From positions 4,960,001-5,024,000 of the forward strand of contig OY760175.1 of assembly GCA_963663165.1 (NCBI GenBank): a stretch of DNA of 64,000 nt, written 5' to 3'. Positions 38,957 to 49,551 of the stretch are shown here, in pieces. Position 1 is the first letter of the stretch; every line of letters begins with the position of its first letter. This DNA comes from an uncultured Desulfospira sp. (GTDB taxonomy: Bacteria; Desulfobacterota; Desulfobacteria; Desulfobacterales; Desulfobacteraceae). The position numbers and the translations under genes were made by a program. The notes under the pieces are model-generated. The model searched no databases. It was not told the origin of the DNA and worked only from the letters and a program-made list of their open reading frames with translations.

Positions 38957-39472
38957 TTATTCCTTTGGGAACCAGTCCGGAACGTGCAGGTCCTTTGCGA
39001 TCAGATAGTGGGGGGAGTAGGGTTTAATGTCGATTACCGGGCTTCCGTCAACCGCCTCCAGTCCTTTAACGTTAAGGACATTTCCTTTTATTTCTATCAG
39101 TTGGATGGCCGAGACCAGAACCGGGTTGGGCCGGGCCGGGCTGCATGTGGCAAAGATCCCCTGTTTGGGGATCTCTTTATTGCCCATGGGATGGACATGC
39201 TGTAATTTTCTTTTGTCCGGGTCGATCAAATGGGGCCAGTACAACACCAGAATATGGGAAAATGCCTCAAGTCCCTGGAGCAGGGGCGTCCAGGCATCAA
39301 ATATGTGAATTTCACTTAAGGTGTTCTGGATGCGCTCGTGTTCTTGCATCATGCTTTCAGCAGAAATTTCTGATGAGAGCCCGTCTTTTTGCGCTTTCAG
39401 GACAGGGGTTTTAATGGGGCTGCTTACTTTTCCCACCGGTTCCAGGGTCATGTCAGGCCAGGTTGCTTCCAT
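38957..39472 (-). CDS. trmO: tRNA m6t6A37 methyltransferase TrmO/TsaA family
   Basis: GIFATCSPARPNP, GLEAVDGSPVIDIKPY. Confidence 0.88.
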   Translation of the reverse strand: MEATWPDMTLEPVGKVSSPIKTPVLKAQKDGLSSEISAESMMQEHERIQNTLSEIHIFDAWTPLLQGLEAFSHILVLYWPHLIDPDKRKLQHVHPMGNKEIPKQGIFATCSPARPNPVLVSAIQLIEIKGNVLNVKGLEAVDGSPVIDIKPYSPHYLIAKDLHVPDWFPKE

Positions 39473-39692
39473 GGTGTCTCCTTAATTTAGCTGTTAGCTT
39501 TTAGCTGTTAGCCATTAGCCTTTGGTTTCACCTGCTAACAGTTAACAGCTGATATATAAAATAAATTCCCCTGCCGGTGTCAAGAAAATTTCAAAAGGAA
39601 GTTAAAGTGTGGTAAACAAACAAACTTGAAGGTATAGTAGGCCCGATAAAACCAATGGGGAAAACCATATTAAATAAGCAGGTTTAAAACAT

Positions 39693-40643
39693 ATGCACAA
39701 GATATTCATAGACGGACAGGAAGGGACCACGGGACTTGAAATCAGGGACCGGCTGCAAGACCGGGCAGACATTGAACTTGTAGAGATCCCCCATGACCGG
39801 CGCAAGGATATGGATTTAAAAAAACAGATCATCAACGCCTGTGACCTTGTTATTCTCTGCCTGCCCGATGATGCGGCAAGACAGTCTGTGGCCCTGGCCC
39901 AAGAGGGCACGACCCGGTTTATAGACGCTTCAACCGCCTTCAGGACCAGCAAAGACTGGGTATACGGCCTGCCTGAAATGGCCGAAGGCCAGCGCCAAAA
40001 GATCAAAGATGCCCCCTATGTGTCCAACCCGGGATGTTACCCCACCGGGTTTATCCTGCCGGTCAGGCCCCTGGTGGCGCTTAACATTATGCCCAAAGAT
40101 TATCCGGCAACGGTTTATGCCTTAAGCGGCTACAGCGGCGGCGGAAAAAAGCTGATCAATGCACATGAAACCTGCCCTCTCGAGCAGATGGACCAGATTG
40201 CGGCAAGGCCTTATGCGTTTAACCTTCAGCACAAGCATATTCCCGAGATGCAGACCTATACGGGGCTGTCCAATGCCCCGATTTTTTCTCCCCATGTGGG
40301 CAACTATTACCGGGGCATGCTGGTCAATGTCCCGGTGTTTCCAAGGCTGCTGAAGGGTCATCCAGGACCGGAAAGCATCCGGGATATATTGGCTAAATTC
40401 TATGAAACAGAGCCTTTTGTAAAGGTCATGGAAGGGCCGACCGAGCAATACCTGGACAAGGGGTTTTTGTCACCCCTTGGGTGCAACCAGACCAACCGGG
40501 TGGAGATTTTTGTTTCCGGCCACGGGGAACAGGTCCTTTTGACGGCCCGCCTGGACAACCTGGGCAAGGGGGCGTCCGGGGCAGCGGTCCAGAACCTGAA
40601 CATCATGCTCGGGGCTGATGAAACCCTGGGGCTGTCCGACTGA
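39693..40643 (+). CDS. argC: N-acetyl-gamma-glutamyl-phosphate reductase (type 2)
   Basis: IFIDGQEGTTG, NPGCYPT, SGYSGGGK, LDNLGKGASG. Confidence 0.96.
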   Translation: MHKIFIDGQEGTTGLEIRDRLQDRADIELVEIPHDRRKDMDLKKQIINACDLVILCLPDDAARQSVALAQEGTTRFIDASTAFRTSKDWVYGLPEMAEGQRQKIKDAPYVSNPGCYPTGFILPVRPLVALNIMPKDYPATVYALSGYSGGGKKLINAHETCPLEQMDQIAARPYAFNLQHKHIPEMQTYTGLSNAPIFSPHVGNYYRGMLVNVPVFPRLLKGHPGPESIRDILAKFYETEPFVKVMEGPTEQYLDKGFLSPLGCNQTNRVEIFVSGHGEQVLLTARLDNLGKGASGAAVQNLNIMLGADETLGLSD

Positions 40644-40784
40644 GCTGCCGGGTTTTTCCATAAAATACTGCCGCTAACCTGGATCTAATCAGGGGCTAAT
40701 TGCCTGCTAACGAAAACCAGGTAAACCTTAACGGATCTGCATGCCGGATCGGCATATTATGGGAACATACCGGAGAAATACCAA

Positions 40785-41063
40785 ATGAAATGGACACCTT
40801 GTGTGATGATTCTGCTCTTTTTAGCCACCGGCTGCACCATGCGGCCGACCTCTTCTGACGGGCTGTTCGTCACTTTTAAGCACGGAAAGGCCCTGTTCCG
40901 TGTGGCCAAGGCCAAGGCCGAAGAAGAGTGTGAATCTTTGGGCAAGATGGCCAGACATGACCGGACCGACTGCACCCAGGATGCCTGCACCAGTACGTTC
41001 ATGTGTGTGGGCAACAGCAACACGATCGAAGCCAAAGAAAATAGCGAAACAGAGCAGAAGTAG
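40785..41063 (+). CDS. Putative small lipoprotein
   Basis: Lipobox LATGC; GGAG RBS. Confidence 0.65.
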   Translation: MKWTPCVMILLFLATGCTMRPTSSDGLFVTFKHGKALFRVAKAKAEEECESLGKMARHDRTDCTQDACTSTFMCVGNSNTIEAKENSETEQK

Positions 41064-41107
41064 ATCAATGGGCTGAAGGTGGATAGGCCCACAAACGGGA
41101 AATTACT

Positions 41108-41698
41108 TCAGCCTAAATTCCGGTTGATAATGATGCCATGGGACCGGCCAAAATCCATGATCTGTTCGGGTTTAAAGCCGCCGGCCAGGTATACCTGACT
41201 GAAGGCGGGAACCGACAGCATGTAAAGAATATAGGAAAGGTGGCCCGAATAGCCGGTGCTGTCTATCTGCTGAAGTGCTTTGATGGCCTGCTGGCCGATG
41301 TCCATGATGTTTTTGTCCACGGCCGGAGGCGTTTCCATGCTGCAGATCCGGGCCGAGTAAATTCTGCGGCAGGAAAAGGGGCGGTATTCATAAATCATAC
41401 AGGCCTTGTTCTTCATTAGGAACGGGCAGGGAACGATTTTATTCTCTTCTCTTAATTTGATCTCTTTTCTAAAGGCTTTGGTCAGGGTTTTCTGCCGGGA
41501 TTTGGGCATTTTTTCCATGGCCTGCCGGATGTTCATCCCTTCTAAAGTGGTGATATCAATGCGGCCGGCAGATTCGCAGCAAAAGCTGCATCCGGGTTTG
41601 CAGACCTGAAGTTTTTTTAATTCTTTGGCAGACGCCTCAAATCCGGCATATATCTGTTCCAGGCCACCTATTTTTTCATCTATCGGATTTTTTAACAT
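41108..41698 (-). CDS. YkgJ-family cysteine cluster protein
   Basis: CKPGCSFCC, CPFL, CMIYEYRPFSCR. Confidence 0.88.
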   Translation of the reverse strand: MLKNPIDEKIGGLEQIYAGFEASAKELKKLQVCKPGCSFCCESAGRIDITTLEGMNIRQAMEKMPKSRQKTLTKAFRKEIKLREENKIVPCPFLMKNKACMIYEYRPFSCRRIYSARICSMETPPAVDKNIMDIGQQAIKALQQIDSTGYSGHLSYILYMLSVPAFSQVYLAGGFKPEQIMDFGRSHGIIINRNLG

Positions 41699-41782
41699 TC
41701 AATCTCTCTTTTTTCCGGCTACCAACAATTCCCGGGCTGTCCCTTGAAAATCTACACCAAAATCCTTATATTACGTTGTTTG

Positions 41783-41987
41783 CATATAACGGTCACGGAC
41801 CGTCTTTGGTTATCCAACCAAGCATTGGTCCACAACAAAAAATGAAAGTTTTTTTAGAACTTTTGGTAAAACTTTCATATAACGGCCACGGGCCGCCTTG
41901 GTTATCCAACCAAGAACTGCCCACAACAAATATTGAAAGCACTCAACAGGTTGCTGAGTCTTTCATATAAAACGGCCCCGGGCCGCC
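41783..41987 (+). repeat. Alternating A-B-A-B-A' hairpin array
   Basis: A 41788-41836 and 41881-41927; B 41837-41880 and 41928-41970; partial A from 41971. Confidence 0.9.
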
Positions 41988-42029
41988 CAAAACGATAAAG
42001 CTAATGGCCAAACGCCAAAGGACAATAAC

Positions 42030-42272
42030 ATGCCGATTTATGAATATAAATGCAAAAATTGCGGCAAGGATTTTGAAACCCTTGTCATGGGAAGCTTAAA
42101 ACCCGAATGCCCTGAATGCAGCAGCCAGGATCTCATGCGCCTGATGTCAAAATGCGGGTTTGTTTCCAAATCCACCGGCCCCGGGGGGCAAACCACCCAG
42201 AAAACAAGCGCGTCATCCTCGTCCTGTGCCGGATGTTCATCTACAAACTGCTCATCCTGCGGCATGGGGTAA
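42030..42272 (+). CDS. FmdB-family zinc ribbon protein
   Basis: MPIYEYKCKNCG..CPECSS. Confidence 0.92.
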   Translation: MPIYEYKCKNCGKDFETLVMGSLKPECPECSSQDLMRLMSKCGFVSKSTGPGGQTTQKTSASSSSCAGCSSTNCSSCGMG

Positions 42273-42276
42273 CGGC

Positions 42277-43212
42277 ATGAAACAACATCTTCGCATCGGA
42301 ACCCGGGGCAGCCAGCTGGCCCTGTGGCAGGCCGGGTATGTAAAAGAGCGGATCGAAACATCTTTCCCTGAAACTAAGGTTGAGATCGTCATCATCAAGA
42401 CCACGGGAGACCGGATCACGGACCGGCCCCTGGCCATGGTGGGCGGAAAAGGCCTGTTTGTTAAGGAAATTGAGGCCCAGCTGTTAGACAAGAGCATTGA
42501 CCTGGCCGTTCACAGCATGAAGGACATGCCCGGGGACCTGCCCGAGGGACTTATCATCGGGGCGGTTCCGGAACGGGAAAATCCTTTTGATGTATTGATC
42601 TGCCGGGACAATAAAGACCTTTCAGATTATGCGCCCGGGGCCATTATCGGCACATCGAGCTTAAGACGGGCCTCCCAGCTCAAACATGTCCGGCCCGATC
42701 TTTCCATCAAATCCATCCGGGGCAACCTGGATACCCGGATCAAAAAACTAGCGTCCGGCGAATATGATGCCATTGTCCTGGCGGCGGCCGGATTAAAGCG
42801 CCTGGGCCAGGCGTCAGAAATTACCCAGTACCTTACGGAAAGCATCATGGTGCCGGCGGTGGGCCAGGGGGCCCTGTGCATTGAAACCCGTGAGGATGAT
42901 CCGGATACGGCGGCCATTGTCAGAAAGCTGGATCATGCCCCCACCCGGATCTGTGTCACGGGGGAACGCTCCTTTCTCAAACAGATTGAGGGGTCCTGCC
43001 ATATTCCGGTGGCCTGTTTTGGAAAAATGACAGACGATTCACAGGTTCAGCTGACCGCCGTGGTGGCTTCAGAAGACGGCAGCTGCCTGGTCAGAGAAGA
43101 GATTTTCTGTTCTGAACAGGAAGTTGGCGCATACGGGAAAAAACTGGCCGAACAGGTACTGGCCAAAGGCGGCAGACAGATACTGGAGACATTGAATTCA
43201 AATGACGGATAA
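42277..43212 (+). CDS. hemC: Hydroxymethylbilane synthase
   Basis: IGTRGSQLALWQ, GKGLFVKE, AVHSMKD, GTSSLRR, EGSC. Confidence 0.97.
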   Translation: MKQHLRIGTRGSQLALWQAGYVKERIETSFPETKVEIVIIKTTGDRITDRPLAMVGGKGLFVKEIEAQLLDKSIDLAVHSMKDMPGDLPEGLIIGAVPERENPFDVLICRDNKDLSDYAPGAIIGTSSLRRASQLKHVRPDLSIKSIRGNLDTRIKKLASGEYDAIVLAAAGLKRLGQASEITQYLTESIMVPAVGQGALCIETREDDPDTAAIVRKLDHAPTRICVTGERSFLKQIEGSCHIPVACFGKMTDDSQVQLTAVVASEDGSCLVREEIFCSEQEVGAYGKKLAEQVLAKGGRQILETLNSNDG

Positions 43213-44740
43213 AACAGGCAAGGTTTATCTTATCGGGGCCGGCCCGGGAGACCCCGGGCTTTTGACCATCAAGGCAAAAGAGTGCATTGAACAGGCGGAT
43301 GTGGTGGTCTACGATTACCTGGCTTCCCCTTTTTTACTGGAATATGCGGCCAAAGACGCTGAAGTTATTTATGTGGGAAAAAAGGGGGGAGACCATACCT
43401 TAACCCAGGATAAAATTAACCAGCTGCTGGTGGACAAAGCCGCAAAAGGGCTCACCGTGGCCAGGCTCAAAGGCGGTGACCCCTTTGTGTTCGGCAGAGG
43501 GGGCGAAGAGGCCCAGGAGCTGTTGTCCTGCGGTGTTGCCTACGAGGTGGTGCCGGGGGTAACCTCCGCCATTGCCGCGCCGGCCTATGCTGGTATTCCC
43601 GTAACCCACAGGGATCATACCTCTTTTGTCTCTTTTATCACAGGCCACGAAGATCCCACCAAAAAGACCTCGTCCATGCAGTGGGATGTGTTTGCCAGAT
43701 CCAATGCCACCCTGGTGTTTTTAATGGGGGTGAAGAATCTGGCCAATATTGTTGGCAAACTCATGGAACACGGCAAAGAACCGGATACCCCCGTGGCCCT
43801 GGTCCGATGGGGAACCACTTCCCGGCAGCAGACCGTGACCGGCACCCTTGAAACCATTGTTGATGAAGTCAAAAAAGCCAGGCTCAAATCTCCGGCCATT
43901 ATTGTGGTGGGCCATGTGGTGTCCTTGCGCAAAGAGCTTGCCTGGTTTGACAAAAGGCCCTTGTTTGGCCAAAAAATTGTCATCACCCGGGCCAGGGCCC
44001 AGGCCTCGGGTCTGGTATCCCGGCTGACCCAATTAGGGGCCCAGTGCATTGAAATTCCCACCATTAAAATTGTCCCGCCCCCGGACCTGTCCCCCCTTAA
44101 AAAAGCCATTGAAAACATTAAGGCGTATGACTGGCTGGTCCTGACCAGCGTCAACGGGGTGAAATCTTTCTTTGATACCCTGTTTGCCGTGGGAAAGGAT
44201 GTCAGGGCTTTAGGCCATCTCAAATTTGCCTGCATCGGTCCGGTGACCAAGGAACGGCTTGCCGATTTCGGCATCATCAGCGATATCCTGCCCGAGACTT
44301 ACCGGGCTGAGTCTGTGATTGAGGCATTTTCCAAAACCCGGATCCAGGGACAGAAAGTCCTGCTGCCAAGGGCCATGAAGGCCCGGACCATCCTGCCCGA
44401 AAAACTCACCGGCATGGGGGCTTTGGTGGATGAAGTGGCTGCCTATGAAACCGTACTGGATGACAGTGAAAAACAAACCCTTCTGGACCTGCTTGAAAAT
44501 CACAACATTGATGCCGTTACCTTTACCAGTTCTTCCACGGTATCCAACTTCATGACCCTGCTTGAAACGGAAAACGGACCTAATCTTATGAAAGACGTGA
44601 CCATTGCCAGCATCGGCCCCATTACATCGGATACCATCAGATCCTTTGGCCTTGAACCTGCCATTGAAGCAGACCCCTATACCATTGACGGCCTGGTAGA
44701 CAGCCTTCTATCCCATAATGCCATGGGAGAAGCGTCATGA
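43202..44740 (+). CDS. cobA: Uroporphyrinogen-III C-methyltransferase / synthase fusion (CobA-HemD)
   Basis: GAGPGDPGLLT, RLKGGDPFVFGRGGEE; C-terminal HemD motifs LTSVNGV, FTSSSTV. Confidence 0.95.
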   Translation: MTDKTGKVYLIGAGPGDPGLLTIKAKECIEQADVVVYDYLASPFLLEYAAKDAEVIYVGKKGGDHTLTQDKINQLLVDKAAKGLTVARLKGGDPFVFGRGGEEAQELLSCGVAYEVVPGVTSAIAAPAYAGIPVTHRDHTSFVSFITGHEDPTKKTSSMQWDVFARSNATLVFLMGVKNLANIVGKLMEHGKEPDTPVALVRWGTTSRQQTVTGTLETIVDEVKKARLKSPAIIVVGHVVSLRKELAWFDKRPLFGQKIVITRARAQASGLVSRLTQLGAQCIEIPTIKIVPPPDLSPLKKAIENIKAYDWLVLTSVNGVKSFFDTLFAVGKDVRALGHLKFACIGPVTKERLADFGIISDILPETYRAESVIEAFSKTRIQGQKVLLPRAMKARTILPEKLTGMGALVDEVAAYETVLDDSEKQTLLDLLENHNIDAVTFTSSSTVSNFMTLLETENGPNLMKDVTIASIGPITSDTIRSFGLEPAIEADPYTIDGLVDSLLSHNAMGEAS

Positions 44741-45720
44741 TTTCCGGCGGCCGAAAGATCAATTACCTGCGGATATCGGTGACTGACCGGTGCAATTTCA
44801 GGTGCATGTACTGCGTTCCCAGCCAGAATTTCAACGTGATTACCCATGACCGGATTGCCCGGTATGAAGAAATTTTAAGAATCACCCGCCTGGCCTGTAA
44901 ACTTGGAATCACCAAGGTGAGGATCACCGGCGGGGAGCCCTTTGTCAGAAAAGGGATCATGTCTTTTCTCGAGGAAATCTGCGCCATTGAGCAGATTCAG
45001 GATGTGGCCGTCACCACCAACGGATCCCAGCTCAATGAAAACCGGCTGCGGGATTTGATGGATATGGGGATTAAACGGATAAATTTCAGCCTGGATACCC
45101 TGGAACCGGAAAAGTTCAAGCGGATCACCGGCCGGGACCGGTTTGATAAGGTATGGGAGGCCATCCAGACAGCCCATGAGATCGGAATGTCTCCTGTCAA
45201 AATCAATGTGGTGGCCCTGAGAGGGATTAATGACAATGAAATTCAGGACCTTGCCGGGCTGACCTTAAAATACCCTTTTCATGTCCGGTTTATTGAGTAC
45301 ATGCCCATTGGCGATTCAGAAGTTGAAAAACAGCAGCAGATTTTAACCCACGAGATTAAAGAACGGGTTGAGGCCGCCCACGGCAGCCTTACCCCTGTTT
45401 CAAAGCTGGCCAATGACGGGCCGGCCAAAAAATACCGGTTGCCGGATGCCCCCGGTGTGGTGGGCTTTATCACCCCCATCAGCTCCCATTTTTGCAGCGA
45501 ATGCAACCGGCTTCGGTTGACCTCACGGGGAACCTTAAGGCCCTGCCTGCTCAGGGATTATGAAGAGGATATTTTAGGGCCTGTCCGGGCCGGTGCCACC
45601 GATGAACAGCTTGAAGAAATCATCCGGACTGCAGTCAGAAAAAAGCCCATGAGCCATCACCTTGAAGATTCCAGTCCCGAGGAGATGCCCCACAGCATTA
45701 TGGCGTCCATTGGCGGATAG
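44737..45720 (+). CDS. moaA: GTP 3',8-cyclase
   Basis: YLRISVTDRCNFRCMYC, FCSECNRLRLT, C-terminal IGG. Confidence 0.97.
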   Translation: MISGGRKINYLRISVTDRCNFRCMYCVPSQNFNVITHDRIARYEEILRITRLACKLGITKVRITGGEPFVRKGIMSFLEEICAIEQIQDVAVTTNGSQLNENRLRDLMDMGIKRINFSLDTLEPEKFKRITGRDRFDKVWEAIQTAHEIGMSPVKINVVALRGINDNEIQDLAGLTLKYPFHVRFIEYMPIGDSEVEKQQQILTHEIKERVEAAHGSLTPVSKLANDGPAKKYRLPDAPGVVGFITPISSHFCSECNRLRLTSRGTLRPCLLRDYEEDILGPVRAGATDEQLEEIIRTAVRKKPMSHHLEDSSPEEMPHSIMASIGG

Positions 45721-45891
45721 CTGTTTCATATGTAACTGTCCAGCAGTGCCCTTATTTTTTACAGGCGATTGCTCTGTATATATTTTCAGCCCTTCCGCCT
45801 TATGGTATAACGGCCATAATTGGTCCGGGAGCTGGCTTGAAGGTTAAGTCCCCGGCAATAAGCGCAGTAAACAAACCATTTAGGAGAAAGC

Positions 45892-46467
45892 ATGAAACAG
45901 TTTATCATCTCTTTGATTTTGGCCACGGCGGTTCTTTGTTTGGTCGGGCCTGCCCCGGCCGGTGCCGACAGCTATTCTTACACCCTTTCTGTGTTTAAAG
46001 ACTCCCCGGCGGTTCAGCCGTTTTTTAAAAGTGCCTACGGGTATGCGCTTTTTCCTACCATTGGAAAAGGCGGGTTGGTTGTGGGGGCGGCCTATGGTGA
46101 AGGACGGGTCTATAAAGGGGGAACCGCTGTGGGAAAGGTTGTTTTGTCCAAGGTCACTGTGGGGCTTCAATTGGGTGGACAGGCCTTTTCAGAAATTATT
46201 TTTTTCCAGGATAAACGGGCCTATGACGAGTTTACCACGGGCAGCTTTGAGTTTGATGCGTCTGCGTCAGCTGTGGCCATCACGGCGGCAGCCCAGGCCA
46301 AAGCCGGAACAGACGGCACAACGGCCGGTGCTTCTGCAGGCCCTGCCACAGGGGTCCAGGCCGAGACCAATTATCTAAAGGGCATGGCCGTGTTTATCCA
46401 TACCAAAGCCGGCCTCATGGCTGAGATGGCCGTGGGCGGCCAGAAATTTGAGTTTACACCATTCTAA
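45892..46467 (+). CDS. YSC84/SYLF-domain lipid-binding exported protein
   Basis: FPTIGKGGLVVGAAYGEG, GLQLGGQ, GGQKF. Confidence 0.88.
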   Translation: MKQFIISLILATAVLCLVGPAPAGADSYSYTLSVFKDSPAVQPFFKSAYGYALFPTIGKGGLVVGAAYGEGRVYKGGTAVGKVVLSKVTVGLQLGGQAFSEIIFFQDKRAYDEFTTGSFEFDASASAVAITAAAQAKAGTDGTTAGASAGPATGVQAETNYLKGMAVFIHTKAGLMAEMAVGGQKFEFTPF

Positions 46468-46535
46468 AGGCTTTTAGGCTGAAGGTGGTTAGGCTGAAGG
46501 GATCACAATAGTCTTATTTACCTTCAGCCTTCAGT

Positions 46536-47252
46536 CTATTCACCTAAATAGGCTTCCCTGATTTTGGGATTCGACATCAGGGCTTTGGCATCATCTTCCA
46601 GGGTGATCTCCCCGGTTTCCATGACATACCCCCGGCTAGAGGATTGAAGTGCTAAGTTGGCATTCTGCTCCACCAGCAAAATGGTGGTGCCGTCCTCTTT
46701 GTTGATGTTTTCAATAATGTCAAAAATCTGTTGAATGATAATAGGGGCCAGGCCTAAGGAGGGCTCATCCAAAAGCAGCACCTTGGGCTTGGTCACCAAT
46801 GCCCTGGCAATGGCCAGCATCTGCTGTTCCCCGCCGGACAGGGTCCCGCCTTCCTGTTTGCGCCGTTCCCCTAAGATGGGAAACAGGTCATAGGCATGTT
46901 TGATGTCTTTGGCAATCCCGTCTTTGTCATTTCTATGGAACCCGCCCAGGATCAGGTTCTCTTCAACCGAGAGGCGCGGAAAAATCCGGCGCCCTTCAGG
47001 GACCTGGCAAAGCCCCATGGTGGGCAGCTTTTCAGGGGCCACTTTGTTGATGGCCTTGCCTTGGTAAAATACTTCGCCCTTTGTGGCACTGATAATGCCG
47101 CAGATGGTCATGAGGGTGGTGGATTTACCGGCACCGTTGGCCCCGATAATGGAGACGATCTCTCCGGGCATGACCTTTAAGGAAATGCCTTTTAAGGCCT
47201 TAATGGATCCGTAACCGGAGTGGACATCCGTTAATTCGAGAATGGGCTGCAT
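46536..47252 (-). CDS. livF: Branched-chain amino acid ABC transporter ATPase
   Basis: GANGAGKS, VPEGRRIF, LSGGEQQM. Confidence 0.93.
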   Translation of the reverse strand: MQPILELTDVHSGYGSIKALKGISLKVMPGEIVSIIGANGAGKSTTLMTICGIISATKGEVFYQGKAINKVAPEKLPTMGLCQVPEGRRIFPRLSVEENLILGGFHRNDKDGIAKDIKHAYDLFPILGERRKQEGGTLSGGEQQMLAIARALVTKPKVLLLDEPSLGLAPIIIQQIFDIIENINKEDGTTILLVEQNANLALQSSSRGYVMETGEITLEDDAKALMSNPKIREAYLGE

Positions 47253-47258
47253 TTTAGG

Positions 47259-48485
47259 TTATCCCTCCTTTTCCTCGGACCTTGTTCCCATGCGTTTGGC
47301 CGGAATCAGGCCGGCCGGTCTGAACAGCATCATAATGATCATGGTGGCGCCAAACACCAGCATCCGGTAAGCTTCAAACTGGCGGAAGGCTTCGGGCAGG
47401 GCAATAAGGGCGGCCACCCCCAGGATAATCCCCGGTATGGAGCCCATGCCCCCTAAAACAACCATGCAAAGCACCATGGCCGATTCCAGAAAGGTAAAAC
47501 TTTCCGGGCTGACAAACTTCATCCGGGCGGCAAAAAAGGCCCCGGCAAAACCGGCAAACACGGCCCCCATGCCATAGGCCATCAGCTTATAAATAAAGGT
47601 GTTCACGCCCATCAGCTCGGCAGCGGTCTCATCCTCCCGGATGGACTCCCAGGCCCGTCCCACCCGAGACATGTTGAGCCGGTGGACCCCAATGGCGGTC
47701 AGGACGGCCAACCCTAAGGCAAAATAGTAAAACATCTGAAGTTTTTTGACCCACATGGTCTCAAAGGAGATCCCGTTTTCAAACACAATTTTGAACCAGC
47801 CGATCCGGTCAAGGCCCAAGATGCCGTTGGGGCCGTTGGTCAGTTCCATCCAGTTGTTGAGGATCAGCCGGATGATTTCCCCAAACCCCAGGGTCACAAT
47901 GGCCAGATAGTCCCCGCGCATTCTTAAGGTGGGATACCCCACAATACAGCCGGCAATGCAGGCAAACAGGGCGGAAAAGGGCAGGCAGACCCAGAAGGCC
48001 AGGCCGTAGACCGTGTTGAGCAGGGCATAGGTATAGGCCCCGACCCCGTAAAAGGCAATGTATCCCAGGTCCAGCATCCCGGCCAGCCCCACCACCACAT
48101 TAAGGCCAAGTCCCAGACAGATATATAGAAGGACATTAATGGCCACATCCGTACCGTATCTTCCGGCAAACTGGGGGTAAATACAGGCGATCACCAGGAT
48201 TAACACCATCCAGACCCAGAAGGGCATGCCCGATGCTTTTGCTTTGGTCTGGCCGACAGCCCTGGACAATGGATTGGCAATAAAGTCCAGGTTTCCGCTG
48301 GTTTTCATTACATAGATCAGAAGACAGACAAAGGAGCCGGCCAGCATATAACTCCAGACCGTCAGTGTTTTCTGGAAGGTCAGGGTGCCGTCAGGATGGA
48401 TGCCCATCATGGGCCAGATCAGGCCCAGCAGCCAGAGCATGCCGATAACATATGGTTTCCAGATTTTTTTAAACTCTTGTATCAT
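47259..48485 (-). CDS. livM: Branched-chain amino acid ABC permease
   Basis: LRMRGDYLAIVTLGFGEI, VLGGMGS. Confidence 0.93.
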   Translation of the reverse strand: MIQEFKKIWKPYVIGMLWLLGLIWPMMGIHPDGTLTFQKTLTVWSYMLAGSFVCLLIYVMKTSGNLDFIANPLSRAVGQTKAKASGMPFWVWMVLILVIACIYPQFAGRYGTDVAINVLLYICLGLGLNVVVGLAGMLDLGYIAFYGVGAYTYALLNTVYGLAFWVCLPFSALFACIAGCIVGYPTLRMRGDYLAIVTLGFGEIIRLILNNWMELTNGPNGILGLDRIGWFKIVFENGISFETMWVKKLQMFYYFALGLAVLTAIGVHRLNMSRVGRAWESIREDETAAELMGVNTFIYKLMAYGMGAVFAGFAGAFFAARMKFVSPESFTFLESAMVLCMVVLGGMGSIPGIILGVAALIALPEAFRQFEAYRMLVFGATMIIMMLFRPAGLIPAKRMGTRSEEKEG

Positions 48486-49380
48486 CTATATTCTCGCCCA
48501 TAATTCCGGTTGGTTTAAAATAAAGCACGCCGATGAGGATGATAAATGCAAACACATCCTTGTATTCGCCGGAGAGATAACCGGCACCGAAGATTTCCAC
48601 CATGCCGATGATCAGACCGCCGAGCATGGCACCGGTAATGTTTCCGATTCCGCCCAGAACGGCAGCGGCAAAGGCCTTGATGCCTGGAACAAACCCCATG
48701 TCGTATTTGACCGAGCCGTAATAAAGGCCGTACATGATGCCGGCAGCAGCGGCAAGGCCCGCGCCAATGGCAAAGGTTAAGGAAATAATCCGGTTGGAGG
48801 CAATGGCGACCAGAGCCGACATGGTCTTGTCCTGGGCCGTGGCCCGCATGGCCATGCCGATTTTGGTTTTAAATACCAGAATGTTAAGCCCCACCAGAAG
48901 GCAGGCCGTTAGAGAAACGATCATGATCTGAAGGTATGAAATGGAAATCATGCCAAAATCAAACCGCCCCTGGAACAGTTCACTGGGATAGACCGCATCA
49001 TAGACCCCCCGGGTCAGCATCATGCCGTTGGACAGAAAAATGGACATGCCCAGAGCCGACAAAAGTGCTGCCAGCCGGGATTCTTTTCTTAACGGCTTGT
49101 AGGCTATTTTTTCCACCCCGATGGCCAGGTAGGCGCAGTAAGCCATGGAAAGGACAAAGGCACCGGTCAGGCAGAGTACCGGGTGGGTTTCCATGGCCCC
49201 GATGCCGGCAAAGTAGGCTAAGACAACGGCGCCGATATAGCCGCCTGCGGCAAAAAATTCACCATGGGCAAAATTGATGAGCTGAATGACGCCGTAAACC
49301 ATGGTGTACCCTAAGGCAATCAGTGCGTACATACCACCGAGGGTTAACCCGTTAATCAACTGCTGAATGAAGTATTCCAT
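48469..49380 (-). CDS. livH: Branched-chain amino acid ABC permease
   Basis: YALIALGYTMVYG..INFAHGE, KAFAAAVLGGIG. Confidence 0.93.
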   Translation of the reverse strand: MEYFIQQLINGLTLGGMYALIALGYTMVYGVIQLINFAHGEFFAAGGYIGAVVLAYFAGIGAMETHPVLCLTGAFVLSMAYCAYLAIGVEKIAYKPLRKESRLAALLSALGMSIFLSNGMMLTRGVYDAVYPSELFQGRFDFGMISISYLQIMIVSLTACLLVGLNILVFKTKIGMAMRATAQDKTMSALVAIASNRIISLTFAIGAGLAAAAGIMYGLYYGSVKYDMGFVPGIKAFAAAVLGGIGNITGAMLGGLIIGMVEIFGAGYLSGEYKDVFAFIILIGVLYFKPTGIMGENIDDTRV

Positions 49381-49551
49381 TATTTTCTTTTTATTATATT
49401 GTAGGCGATTAGCTGTTAGCGCTTAGCGGCTGCGGCCCTTTAAAGGGTGGCTGCTGAGGGCTAACAGCTAATGGCGTTTCATGTTAAAAGGCGTGTAACG
49501 AAAATGCGGTTGATGCAATGGTTTGGCATCAACCGCATTGGATTTGACCGT

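Noticed and set aside
41783..41987. A/B arrays as CRISPR arrays
   Set aside because: Both alternating units are themselves repeated and degenerate, there are no unique spacers, and no cas genes are in the window.
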